Below, piece by piece: positions 1 through 13,078 of a DNA stretch of 64,000 bases; the first letter of the stretch is position 1, and every line of letters starts with the position of its first letter. A model generated the notes under the pieces. The model did not search any database, was not told the origin of the DNA, and saw only the letters and a list, made by a program, of their open reading frames with translations. The translations under genes and the position numbers were made by a program. Origin of the DNA: Felis catus (lineage: Eukaryota); assembly GCF_018350175.1 (NCBI RefSeq), contig NC_058383.1, positions 21,764,001 through 21,828,000 of the forward strand, given 5' to 3'.

Positions 1-889
1 TGCGTTCCCACCATCTTTGCTTTTCCAAGTAAAGCACCACTGCAGATTCTTGCACAGGGAGCATGTGGCTCTGCTATAATTATTATCTTAACATCAATTT
101 CTACACATGGGATTTCAGAATTAAAGAGCTCAGATGTTTTCAAGATGACATCTTTTGGGGACCGTATCAATGAACAGTTCCACCAGCTCTATGTAGACAT
201 GATCATTTCCCTGCTTCCTTCTCACACTGGGCATTAAATATGGGCTCCATTCATTAATTAACCACTCTGTCAATAAGAGGATGGTTAGCTAAATTACAGT
301 ACATCTATACTTCAGAGTATTATGCTGCAAAGAACAAGGGATCTCTGGGACATAAAGGTGGAGAGAAACAAAAAGATAGATGTTTCCTCTTCCAGTATAA
401 TGAAATGAACAAAAAACTGACAAAATCTAGATTAAAAAAAAAAAAACACCAAGAACATTTAGAAGAAGAGAAGGAGGTTTATGACCCCACGTTATGGCTT
501 TAAAGTGCCAATGGAGGAAATAGAGAAGCTTCATTGAAACAATGGGCAGCTTCCGCCCTGTTTCCCCAGAAGAGGGGTTGAGGAATGGGTAGAAGGTAAA
601 GCTGAAAATCCTGAAAACTCTGAGGAATATCCCCAATTTGGAGAGGGGCCAACTGAGGGATGAGCCCCAGCCAGGAGAGAAGGCTCTCCCGACCCACTGG
701 AGGCGAAACCCTTGCCTTCACTTTACTGTTCTACCAGAGTGCCGGAAAAGAGCCAGGGGCCGGCAGTGTTTTTCCCAGACGGCAGGAAAGCAGGAAAGGA
801 GGTTAGATTGCTTTCAACCCCTTCACTCTAACCATCCTCCGTCATAAAAGGGATTGGACAGAAGAGGAGACAATAAAGAAAGTAAATCA

Positions 890-1092
890 GGGGCGCCTGG
901 GTGGCTCAGTCGGTTAAGCGGCTCAGGTCATGATCTCACGGTGTGTGGGTTCGCGTGGGGCTCTTGTGCTGACAGCTCAGAGCCCAGAACCTGCTTCGGA
1001 TTCTGTGTCTCCCTCTCTCTCTGCCCTTCTCCTGCTTGCGCCTTGTCTCTCTCTCTCTCTCTCAAAACTAAATAAACATTAAAACAAAATTT
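890..1092 (+). mobile_element. Can-SINE (SINEC_Fc-like)
   Basis: ggggcgcctgggtggctcagtcggttaagcg head, (CT)n linker, A tail; TSD taaagaaagtaaatcag/taaagaaaatgaatcag. Confidence 0.95.
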
Positions 1093-1399
1093 AAAGAAAA
1101 TGAATCAGGTAAGTCTCCCGAGTGCAGGTGTGGCAGGAGGGGGTGCATGGTGGCTGTCCCTAACCCCCACTTTTGGTAAGGAGGGGACGTTGTGGGATTT
1201 CTGGAAGAGCTGGGTGAGACATTTCCTAACACGGATAAATGAGGAAGCAGGGGTTTACAATATTATCTAAAAGTATAAAGGCAAGCTAAAGTTATAAAGC
1301 TAATTACCAGAAACACACAGGTACCAAGTGAGGCGAAGCAAAGCAAACATAATGCGGGCATCAAATTGGAGAAAACCGAAGAAATGTTAAGAACAGAAA

Positions 1400-3470
1400 A
1401 TAGAAGATGAGAGAATTGAGAGAAAGCATCTCTTATTTCAATCAGCATAGGTGGGACTTTCTGCTTTTTTAAAGAAGTGATTGAAAGAGAAAGCCTTTCA
1501 GATTGGGTCAAAAAAGCAAAACCTGACTTTTGGTTGAACACCAAAGAATACGTGGAAGTTTCTCAGGAAGGTTGAGATGGATGAACAAAGACATGTCAGG
1601 TGAAGTTAACAAAAAGAAAGCGAGGTTCATGACATTCGTGTCAGACAAAATCAAACCCAAGCGTCACTGAAGACCACCGGGGCGATTTTATAACCCAGGG
1701 CACACACGCTACACAATTAGGCTAAAATTGCAATGATTGAGGAAATAACCGAAAACAACATCAAAATGACCAGAGCATCAAACTCCAACACACACAGAGG
1801 ACTAACAGACCGAACTGCTGCTCATCTCTCCCATGATAGATAGGGACATCAAGAATACCCTGAACACCTGAATATATATTCAATAAGGTTGGTTTTCTCA
1901 TGTTGTATCAAATGCTATCCACTGATGAGAGAAGGAGACACCTTTCCATGTGCCTGTGGAATTTTTACAATAACGGACTATATATTGGACCACAAAGAAA
2001 ATCCTAGTGAAATGCAAAGAAGTACAAACAGTACAGACCATTTTCCAATCACAATTCAAGAAAACTAGAGGGGCACCTGGGTGGCTCAGTCGGTTAAGCG
2101 TCAGACTTCAGCTCAGGTCATGATCTCACAGTTTGTGCATTTGAGCCCCGCGTTGGGCTCGGTGCTGGAAGCTTAGACAGAGCCTGGGGCCTGCTTTGGA
2201 TTCTGTACCTCCCTCTCTCTCTGCCCCTCCTCCGCTTATACTCTGTGTGTGTGTCTCTCTCTCTCTCTCTCAAAAATAAATAAAACATTAAAAAATTCTT
2301 AAAAAGAGAAAAATTATTAGGAAAAACCTACCACCCATTGGGGTGGGGGGAAAATTTAGGGGAAGAGATTAGAGAAAAACTGTAACCAAATTGTCCCCAG
2401 TATCTTGAATAATGAAGTCAAGTTTAATAGATGGCACAATCTATGTCATATGACTAGAGCTGGGTTAAGAGGAAAACGCATAGCCTCAAACCAACATGTC
2501 AGTAAAGAAAGCAACTAAAATAAATGAAGTCAGTGCACAATTGAAGAAGTTAACAAAAGAACAACACATTATATCTCAAGAAATCAGAAAATCAGAAGAA
2601 AACAATAAAGAAATCAGTGAATTTGAAAAGAAAACAAATAAATAAAAAGTGCAATTCCTCAAGCCTAACAGAGTCTTTGGGATGGGGTCAGTTAGAGTAA
2701 AATGAATGAAATCTGAGTTGGCGAATTAAAAAAAAAAAAAAAAAAAAAAGGAGGAAAGCACCAAAACCAATATTAAAGGTGAGGCAGAAATAACCTCATG
2801 CAGAAGAAATGAAAAGACTTAGCACCTCTGCAAAACTTTGTGCAATTAAATTTGACAAACTGATTGAAATAGATGATATTCTAGAAAAATATAAGCCAGC
2901 ACAAGAGCAAAACAGAGAATGTTATCAACCGGCTCCCTGTGGAAAATCCACCAGACCCTGAGGGTTTCTCAGAGGAATTCTTCTAAATAGCCAGTAAATA
3001 GACAATTCTACTTCTCTATAAATGATATCTGAGCACAGAGAAGGAAACAATGTTCATATTTCTGTGAAAGCCACATCCAAACCTCAAAATCATGTCCCCA
3101 AAACTGCATACCAAGCTCATTTATAAATATATATTTAAAGCTTATTTATTTGAAAGAGAGAGAGAGAAAATGCAAGGAGCAAAGGAGAGAGAGAGGGGGA
3201 GAGAGAATCCCAAGCAGGCTTTGCGCTTGGGGCTTGATTTCACAAACCTGGAGATCATGACCTGGGCTGAATCAAGAGTTGGACACTTAACTGACAGAGC
3301 CACCCAGGTGCCCCTATAAGTATCATATCCTAAATAAGATATTATTAAAAGAAAAACCTACCATATTTCAGGAATGTAGGAAATGCTGAGTATTTGGAAA
3401 TCTATTAATAAGCATCAGTCCTCATATATCCTGGTTAAAAAAAACCAACCATGATATAATCTAGAAAATT
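1400..3470 (+). mobile_element. Highly decayed ancient L1 ORF2 fragment (L1ME-like)
   Basis: A-rich, with degenerate L1 landmarks tcagattgggtcaaaaaagcaaaacc, tatattggaccacaaagaaaatc and ccaccagaccctgagggtttctcagaggaattct. Confidence 0.55.
2070..2305 (+). mobile_element. Can-SINE
   Basis: tRNA-derived head, (CT)n linker, A tail. Confidence 0.95.
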
Positions 3471-4890
3471 AATTAGCAAGGCACCTGGGTGGTTCAGTTG
3501 GTCAAGTGTCTGATTCTTGGTTTCTGCTCAGGTCATAATCTCACGACTTCATGGGTTCAAGCCCTGTATCAGGCTGGGCTCTGTCCTGGCAGCACAGGGC
3601 CTGCTTGGGATTCTCTCTCTCTCTCTCTCTCTCTCCCTCCCTCCCTCCCTCCCTCTCTGCCCCTTCCCCACTCATGCTGTTTCTGTTTCACAAAATAAAT
3701 AAACCTAAGAAATAAAAATAAATAAAAAATTAATCAGCACAGATTATTTTATATCTTTTTTTAACTTTTAAAATTACATTTATTTATTTTTGAGAGACAG
3801 AGAGAGACAGAGCACAAGTGGGGAGGGGCAGAGAGAGAAGGAGACAGAATCCGAAGCAGGCTCCAGGTTCCGAGCTGTCAGCGCAGAGCCCTACACAGGG
3901 CTTGAACTCACAAATGTGAGATCATGACCTGAGCCAAAGTTAGATGCTTAACCAACTGAGCCACTCAGGTGCCCCTGTTTTATATCTTTTTAAATCTCAA
4001 TTGGATCTCTAGCTGAACCTCCTTTTTATTTCCAAATTTTGAAATATGAACTCTATTTTCCTGGATAAATGTCTCTAGAGTTACTTTATTTGATTGATCT
4101 CATCAGAGATCCAGATCCTGGATTTAACATTTGTTTCTCTACTGCTTAACTTTGCCGTGTCTGTTTTTAGCAGGCTTGATTCCATCTACCTGCTATTTTG
4201 CTCCTTTTAGTTCTTTTTTGCAACTACCTCCCCCCCCCCTTTCTTTTAAGATTTTATTTTTAAGTAATCTCTACACCCAATGTGGGGCTTGAACTCACAA
4301 CCCTGAGATCAAGGGTCGCAGGCTCCACCAACTGAGCCAGCCAGGTGCCCCTCGTAACCCCTTTTTATCAGAAACATTTCATTGATCCCCGCAGGGATTG
4401 AGCCCTGCGCTGAGCACGGAGCCTGCTTAGGATTCTCTCTCTCTCCCTCTGCCCCTCTCCCCTGCTCTCAAGAACTCTCTCTCTCTCTCAAATTAAAAAA
4501 AAAAAAAAAAGAAACATTTCATTTCTTTTCATTCTGTCTTAATAAAAGCATCTAAAATTATGATTTTGCTTCTAATTACTGGGTTGCTGACATCTCATCA
4601 GTTTTGAAAGGTACTGTTCTTTTTGTGTTCTTTGGTACATCAACAGAAACCGGAGTTTTTCTTCCCCTCTTTTTCCAAAGTAATTTATATGGGTGATAAA
4701 AAAAATTCTATGGGGGCGTTTGGCTCAGGTCATGACCTCTTGGTGGGTGGGTTCAAGCCCCGTGTTGGGATCTGTGCTGACAGCTCAGAGCCTGGAGCCT
4801 GCTTCGGATTCTGTGTCTCCCTCTCTCTCTGCGCCCTCCCCCGCATACTCTGTCTCTCTCTCTCAAAAATAAATAAACATTTAAAAAGTT
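3134..4890. mobile_element. Cluster of 6 Can-SINEs: 3134-3314(-), 3479-3730(+), 3757-3975(-), 4241-4351(-), 4383-4512(+, 5'-truncated), 4712-4890(+)
   Basis: Consensus heads and tails. TSDs include aaaattaa(t/c)agca, ttttatatctttt and agaaacatttcatt. Confidence 0.9.
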
Positions 4891-5499
4891 TTTTTTAATT
4901 CTACGTATCCTGATTTTTTTCATTATCCTGATGTAATTCATTCATAATTTGTTTTTATCACGTATTTGACTTGTGCAATTTCTGCCTTTGGAATTTATTT
5001 AAGGTTTTGTTTGGCCCAATATATCATTTTTAATGTGTTCTATGCATGTTTGAAGATCATACATACTTTTGGATGTATTTATTTATTATGCAACATTTAT
5101 TACTTCCATTATTCAAATCTGATTATCTTACATTTTGTTCTGTCAGAATGGAAATAGTTTGTTAATCTCTTGTTCAATTTTAGTTTTGTCAATATTTCTC
5201 ATAGTTCTATAGAAATAATTACTTTAATTCCCACATTCTTTGCCTCAGTCTTGCTTTAAATTTGAGGCAATAAATTCAATGGTACTTAAGGTAAACCTCT
5301 AAGTTAAAAAAGTATTGACTCCACCTCTTTTGAGAATGCAAAACATTGGTTTTTACTTAGATTTCTTTTCTTTCTTTCTTTTTTTTTTTAGGTAAACTCT
5401 ACTCCTGATGTGGGGCTCAAACTCAGGACCCCAAGATCACGAATTGCATGCTCTACTGACTGAGCCAGCCAGGGACCTTTAGTTAGATTTCTTTAAACA

Positions 5500-5502
<3 letters not shown>

Positions 5503-5544
<42 letters not shown>
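5503..5544. repeat. (CA)n microsatellite
   Basis: Perfect CA run. Confidence 0.95.
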
Positions 5545-5547
<3 letters not shown>

Positions 5548-7977
5548 AAATAGATATTTACATGCTAGTCATAAAATTAAATTAAATCTGTACTTTTATG
5601 AATTTCTTTCATCATAAAATTAAGTTTTCACCTAAGTTTGATAACTAAGAAAGGCAAGGAAATTTCTTAAAATCAGAGATTGGTTTTAATAGTTCCAAGG
5701 ACTTGTTGACTTAAAATTTTAAAACAGTAATTGTTTTGTTCTGTTTTAAGTTTATTTATTTTGAGAAAGAGAGGGAAAGAGAGAGCAGGGGTGGGGGAGA
5801 GGCAGAGAGTGAGGGAGGGAGAGAATCTGTGCTGGTAGGGAGCAGCCTGACACAGGGGCTGAAGACCACAAACCCAGGAGATCATGACCTGAACTGAAAC
5901 CAAGAGCTGGACACTCAACGGACTCAGCCACTCAGGTGCCCCAAACAGGAACTGTTTGATACAGGAAATGGCATTTGCTAGAGTGTGTGTAGTAAGAAGA
6001 TTTTCTTGTTTCCTCAATGCCGGAAGCTCCATTTATCACAGGGGGTTAATTTTTTCTTACTGATCTAGTTATAATGAGCTCAGGCAGCACATAAACTCTG
6101 GACATCGTCCTGGAATCAGAAAGAGCTCGGGTAGGACTCTGACCAGAAAAATACATGATGATTACAATACGAATGGTTTAAAAACACAAAACAGAGTCTT
6201 ACTTTCTTTGACAATTTCTATCTTTTTTTTTTCCATCAGTGCTTTGCTTTTTATTTCAGACGTTCATAAAAGTTATTATCCTTTAGGGAGATTGTACTTT
6301 CTATCACAAAAAATAACTCTGCTTAAAATGCTTTGGTTATATGTCCTCTTCCCTCTAGAATTGCTATTGCTGTCCTGTTTCCTTTCTGTTTGTATTCCTG
6401 ATGTGTTCTAGAACACCATCCCTTTTCCCCTTAACACTTCCTCCCCCTGCTTAACACTTCTGATTCACTTTTCGTTAGGCTGGTCTCTTGGAAACATGAT
6501 ACAACTAGATTTAAAAAATCTAAAGTGTTTTGTTTCTGATTGGGTTGCCTAAGTCTTTTTTATTTCTGTTGTATTAGGTCTTATCATTGTCCTCATGTTT
6601 TCTGCTTTCCAAAGGTAATGCTCTCTTGTTTACTTTTCCTTCTCATCATTTGCGGTATGAATCGTGCCATCTTTGTTGGTGTTATGGTTCTAGGTTTTAC
6701 AGATTAACTCATTTCAGTTTTATTCATAGACACACATTCTCTGCTTAGGCAGTTTCCATAATTCTGTTTTAGTAAAAGGCTGTGATCTTACAGAAGTGGA
6801 ATGCAGTTTCAATTTAGGGAATGGTTTGAAGCAAAAGTTCCCAAGAAACACCAATTTCAGGATGCGTTTATACAAAGTTCGAGAAGATTCTCTGGTCTGT
6901 CTGCTGATTTTGTTGTCTTTCTTGGCTGATCTATTTAATCAATGTCTTGTGGAGAGAGGGTAATTTGAGACGATGATTAAATTTATCAATCCCTGTCCTA
7001 GAGGCCCTGGGACAAACTGGCACTCCTGAAAAAGCAGGAAACTGGCACTAGGTATCTATTCATTGGAAACTGGTTTTTTATATTATTATTATTATTAAGA
7101 AATTTTTAATGTTTATTTATTTTTGAGAGAGAGAGAGAGAGAGCAAGCAGGGGAGGGGCAGAGAGAGAGGGAGACAGAGAATCCCAAGCAGGCTCTACAT
7201 CGTCAGCACAGACCCCCACGTGGGGCTTGAACTCACGAACCGTGAGATCATGACCTGAGCCTAAATCAAGAGTCAGGTGCTTAACTGACTGAGCCAGCCA
7301 GGTGCTCCTGGAACTGAGTTTTTCTAAGGTAAAGAAGGGCACATTGAGGATCTCAAACCCGTAGATTTCCCAGCCCTCTTTCTTGAGAAAGGTTACGTTG
7401 TGTAGATCCTAATGACCACTCAATCAATGTCTATATTTAAGAAACAAAGAAAGCAGAAGAAAAGAACAGTGGATATAAAAAAACGGGAACTACAGGAACA
7501 GCTGGAAAATGTTGAGGGCAGTGGGTTGGATGCCAACTGGGACTGTGGTCTGGAGGCTTTTCATGCAACAGCAGAGTGTGATGGGTATGCTGGACGCCAG
7601 CCAGAGGGCTGGCGGAAACAAGCCTCATAAATTAGTTCTGATCACTGTTTGGCATTTCCCATTTTCAGTTTACAGAAAGGCCACCATATCATTTGTGCAT
7701 CTTCTTTTTGAAGAATTACTTTTGACATATGCATTAAATATTATAACCATGTGATAACACTTATTTAGACACCATATAATCTGTATTGCAGTTAATTCTA
7801 CTTAATTGGTGTCTTTGTTAATCTTTCCACTTATCAGGACTTCCCCTTAAGTTCTTTCTTTCCCCCAAGTTAATTTTAATTATATGAGTAATGCACTAAT
7901 GTATTCTTCTTATTAAATCTCAGTTAGTCTAAGTTTTCTCTCTCCCTCCACAGCGGTAGCCACTCTGGTGTCTGTGT

Positions 7978-8062
7978 GTCTATCTATCTACCTATCTATA
8001 AATATTTCTGCCATCTAGCATCTCTATCTTTCTATCATCTATCTATCCATCCATGTATCTAA
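7978..8062. repeat. Imperfect (TATC)n repeat
   Basis: tctatctatctacctatct... Confidence 0.7.
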
Positions 8063-9828
8063 TCAATTTTAAAATGTGGTATTTTTATTTAGTTAGTTAT
8101 TTTTTTTAGAGACGGTAGTGTGCAATTTTGGGGGAGGAGGAAAGGGAGAGGAAGAGAGAGAATCCCAAGCAGACTCCACACTCAGCATGGAGCCAATGCT
8201 GGGCAGGATCTCACGACCCTGAAATCATGACCTGAGCTGAAATCAAGAGTCAGATGCCTAACGGACTGAGCCACCCAGGTGCCCCAATGCGACATTTTTA
8301 AAATAATTACATCACATTGTACAATTTGCTTTTCCCCCCTCCCCACCTAGTAATATGTCTTAGAGATCTAACTAAATATCTGTTTTAAACTGTGGCACAG
8401 AGGGGCACCTGGGTAGCTCAGTCCGTTAAGCGTCTGACTTAGGCTCAGGTCATGATCTCGCAGTTTGTGAGTTCAAGCCCCGCATCAGGCTCTGTGCTGA
8501 CAGCTTCAGATTCTGCGTCTCCTTCTCTCTCTGTCCCTCCCCCACTCACACACTATCTCTCCTCTCTCTCAAAAATAGATAAACTCAAAAAAAATTTTAA
8601 ACTGTGGCACATAAAATGCCTTAGAATGGATACACTGCCATTTTTTTTTTATGTCTATCATCCAATGGATGGATTTAAGGGTTGTTCTGGTTAACAACTG
8701 CTGTCCTGCATGCCCTCTCATGCACACGTGCAAAGCTCCTCCAAGGAAGAAACTAAGCAGAGGAATTGCTTAGGCCACATATTGTTGTGGTTTTGCATTT
8801 CTACTGTGCTCCCCAGTATAGTAGCCTCTAGGCACCTGTAACCACTGAGCCCTTGAGCTGTGGCTAATGTGAGTGGAGAGCTAGTTCTTAGTTTTACTTA
8901 ATTTTTAGAATTTCAAAACTGAATCTGTGTAAGCCATTTTTCTGTTAAGTTCCATTTTATTTCGATAGGACAAACAAGTGTGCACTCTGATAATAACTGC
9001 ATCACGTGAAATATTGCTACGTGGTAGGGCACGTGCAGGACCCGTGCAGCATATACAGTGTCACAGGTCAGCCACAAGGAGATGTTCCTGGGATTACACG
9101 TGAGCACGGCCCCAATCTGACTGGGGCCAACGGACTGATTCAGTTTGAAGGATCTTTCCTGTGCAGTCACATAACACTGTCATGTGTTTATGTGAATATT
9201 TTATGCAAACAGTATGGTTGCATGATATCTTTGTAAATCACAAGTGGTGATTAAATCAAAATCCATATTCTTTTAGTTAGAATACAATTAATTTTTCTAT
9301 GTAGGGGTACAATTTTTTTAAATTTTTAAACATTTATTTTTGAGAGAGAGAGACAGACAGAGTATGAGCCGGGGAGGGGCAGAGAGAGAGGGAGACACAG
9401 AATCTGAAACGGGCTCCAGGCTCTGAGCTGTCAGCACAGAGCCTGACGCGGGGCTCCAACTCACAAACTGTGAGATCATGACCTGAGCCGAAATCGGATG
9501 CTTAACCGAATGGGCCACCCAGGGTTGTAAGTTTAAATTTAAAATGAAGGCACACAATGAATTCAGAACCTAATGGAGATGCAGAATCTAGTGCTATGAC
9601 CAGAAGAGTTAAAAGAAAAAAAAAAGGCAGAGACTGAAAGAAGATAAACCACAGATTTCATGATGAATGGCAACTGTAATTTGCTGGGCAAAGCAAAACA
9701 AAAATGCTGTGTTTGTTGTAGAACAAACATTTAAAAAGATAATAAAGTGGAAAATATTGAAGCATTTTCAGCAAACACAGAGTGAATTTGATAAGAGGTT
9801 TTCTTTCAACATTCAAGAAAGAATTGAT

Positions 9829-11455
9829 GGCAAGGGAAACAAAAGCAAAAATAAACTACTGGGACTACATCAAAATAAAAAGCTTCTGCACAGCAAAGGA
9901 AACAATCAACAAAATGAAAAGACAACTTACATAATGGGAGAAGATATTTGTAAATGACATATCTGATAAGGGATTAGTATCCAAAATATGTAAAGAACTT
10001 ATACAACACGACACCAAAAAAACCTCTCAAATAACCTGATTAAAAATTGGGCAGAGCAACCAGAATAGACATTTTTTCAAAGAAGAGATACAGTTGGGGG
10101 ACGTCTGGGCGGCCCAGTTAGTTAAGTGTCCGACTTTGGCTCAGATAATGATCTCATGGTCTGTGAGTTCAAGCCCTGCATCGGGCTCTGTGCTGACAGC
10201 TTGGATCCTGGAGCCTGCTTTGGATTCTGTGTCTCCCTCTCTCTCTGCCCGTCCTCTGCTCATGCTGTCTTTCTCTCTCTCTCAAAAATAAATGTTGAAA
10301 AAAAAAAAAGAAGTTGGCCACCAGATACATGAAAAGATGCTCAGTATCACTCATCGTCAGGAAAATGCAAATCAAAACCACAGTGAAATACCATCTCACA
10401 CAAATCAGAACATCTAGTATCAGAAAGACAAGAAATAAAGTGTTGAGAAGGCTGTGGAGGAACCCCCCCCCCACACCGTTGGTGGGAACGTAAATTGGTG
10501 CAGCCACTAAAGCAAATGTATGGGGGTTCCTCCAAAACATTAAAAATAGGAACACCATATGATCCAATAATTCCACTACTGGATATTTACCCCAAAACGC
10601 TAATTTGAAAAGATACATGCACCCCTATGTTTACTGCAGTATTCTTTTTTTTTTATTTTTTTTTTAACGTTTATTTATTTTTGAGACAGAGAGAGACAGA
10701 GCATGAGCGGGGGAGGGGCAGAGAGAGAGGGAGACACAGAATCGGAAGCAGGCTCCAGGCTTGAGCCATCAGCCCAGAGCCCGACGCGGGGCTTGAACTC
10801 ACGGACCGCGAGATCGTGACCTGAGTTGAAGTTGGACGCTTAACTGACTGAGCCACCCAGGCGCCCCCAGTATTCTTTACAATAGACAAGACAAGGAAGT
10901 GTTCCTCGATGGACAAATGGATACGAAAGTGGTGGTACACAGACAGGCATACCCACTCGTGCACGTGCATGCGTGAGCGTGCTGGAAAAGCCTGCAGGCA
11001 TAAAAAGGGATGGGATCGTGCTATTTGCTGTAATGTGGACACACGGATGGGCCTAGAGAGTATGTTGCCAAGTGAAATAAATGTGACTGAGAAAGACAAA
11101 TACTGCATTATTCCATTCATATGTGGAATCTAAAAAAAACCAAATGAGTAGACAAACAAAAAGCGGAATCATAGCTGGAAGTACACAGAACTGATGGCTG
11201 GCAGAGGGGAGGGAGTGGGGGATGGGCAAAATGGGTGAAGAGGGGTGGGAGATACAGTCTTCCTGCTATGGAATGAAGACAGTCCAGGCATAAAAGGCAT
11301 AGCATAAGGAATGTAGTCAATGACACTATAATAGCATTGTTGGTGACAGATGGAAGCTACAGTTGCAGTGAGCATAGCATAATCCATAAACTCGTCCAGT
11401 CACTGTGTTATGTATCTGAAACTAATGTAATATTGCGTGTCCACTACACTCAAAG
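9829..11455 (+). mobile_element. 5'-truncated carnivore L1 (ORF2 C-terminus plus 3' UTR) inserted in the Charlie element
   Basis: aaaagcaaaaataaactactgggactacatcaaaataaaaagcttctgcacagcaaagga and later L1 3' landmarks. Flanks aagaaagaattgat (about 9815) and aaaaaggaattgct (about 11704) resemble a TSD. Confidence 0.8.
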
Positions 11456-11717
11456 AATTTTTTTAAGTTTATTTGTTTATTTTGAGAGAGACAGAGAGAG
11501 AGAGAACACAAGCACAGGAGGGGCAGAGAGAAAGAGGGAGAGAGAGAGAGAGGGACTCTCAAGCAGTGAGATTCACCATCAGTGTGGAGTCCGACACAGG
11601 GCTCAAACGCACAAACCGCAAGAGCATGACCTGAGCTGAAATCAAGAGTCAAATGCTTCACCAGCTGAGCCACCCAGGCGCGCCTCAAATACAGCATTTT
11701 TTTAAAAAGGAATTGCT

Positions 11718-12531
11718 GACACACATGAAAACACGGCCACTATCACGTTCCAGTCATTAGGGCAACACAACTCGAAACCAGAATGAGATGGCACCTCACG
11801 TCCGTTACGGCTATTACCAAAACATAACCCATGTCGGTGAGGACGACCTGAGACCTTCGTACGTTGCTGGCGGAAGGGGACTTTCCCTGTGAAAACCTGT
11901 GTGGCAATTCCTCAAAAAAACGAAACCTAGACAAACTGTAAAATTGAACCATTCCACATCTCGGTGTATCCCCCCCGGGAAGTGAAGGCAGGGGCTCCAT
12001 CAAATGTTTGCACAGCCACAGGCACAGCAGCACTCTTCTCAGTGGCCAAGAGCTGGAGGCAACTCAAGTGTCCGCTGCTGGACGAAGGGGTGAACACGTG
12101 GCATGTCCTTACAATGGAATGTGACACGTACTATAACATCAATGAATTTTAAAGACGTTATAGTAAGTGAAATAAGCCAGTCACAAAGGAACAAATACTG
12201 TATCATCCAAGCTATAGGAGGTGCCTAGAACAGTCAGATTCATAGGGACAGAAAATAGCACGGAGGCTGCCGGGGCTGGCTGGGGAGAGTGGGGAGTTCA
12301 TGTTTAAGGGCCACACAGACTCAGCTGCAGAGGACAAAACAAGTTCTGGAGATGGGTGGTGGCGAGGGTTGCACAACAGTGGGAAGGCATCAAATGCCAC
12401 AGAACTGCACACTCAAAATGGTACATTTGGGGTGCCTGGCTGGCTCAGCTGGTGGAGCGTGTGGCTCTTGATCTCGGGGTTGTGAGTTCAAGCCCCATGT
12501 CAGGCACAGAGATTACTTAAAATCTATCTAT

Positions 12532-12568
<37 letters not shown>

Positions 12569-12570
12569 GT

Positions 12571-12609
<39 letters not shown>

Positions 12610-13078
12610 TTTTTTCCAACGTTTATTTATTTTTGGGACAGAGAGAGACAGAGCATGAACAGGGGAGGGGCAGAGAGAGGGAGACACAGAATCAGAAACA
12701 GGCTCCAGGCTCTGAGCCATCAGCCCAGAGCCTGACGCAGGGCTCGAACTCACGGACCGTGAGATCGTGACCTGGCTGAAGTCGGACGCTTAACCGACTG
12801 CGCCACCCAGGCGCCCCATAACGTTTATTTATTTTTAAGACAGAGAGAGACAGTGCATGAACGGGAGAGGGTCAGAGAGAGGGAGACACAGAATCTGAAA
12901 CAGGCTCCAGGCTCTGAGCTGTCGGCACAGAGCCGGACACGGGGCTCGAACTTAGGGTCCGCGAGATCACGACCTGAGCCGAAGTCGGACGCTTAACCGA
13001 CTGAGCCACCCAGGTGCCCCACTTAAAATCTTTTTAAAACATGGTACATTTTATGTTATGTTTCACAATTTAAAAAAA
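11718..13078 (+). mobile_element. Older L1 3' fragment (L1MB-like) inserted in the Charlie element
   Basis: cacatgaaaac...gtcattagggcaacacaactcgaaacc, taagtgaaataagccagtcacaaaggaacaaatactg, and a 3' end tttcacaatttaaaaaaa. Confidence 0.7.

Larger units (their letters stand above)
5365..8598. mobile_element. 5 dispersed Can-SINEs: 5365-5478(-), 5742-5942(-), 7075-7308(-), 8082-8286(-), 8402-8598(+)
   Basis: Consensus heads and tails. TSD ttttaaactgtggcaca flanks the last copy. Confidence 0.9.

Noticed and set aside
145..237. Short open frame MTSFGDRINEQFHQLYVDMIISLLPSHTGH
   Set aside because: It is only 30 aa, unrecognised, and lacks supporting splice or promoter context.
7412..7630. 72-aa ATG ORF with a basic NLS-like stretch
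   Set aside because: The lysine/arginine content simply reflects A/G-rich DNA; I recognise no homology.
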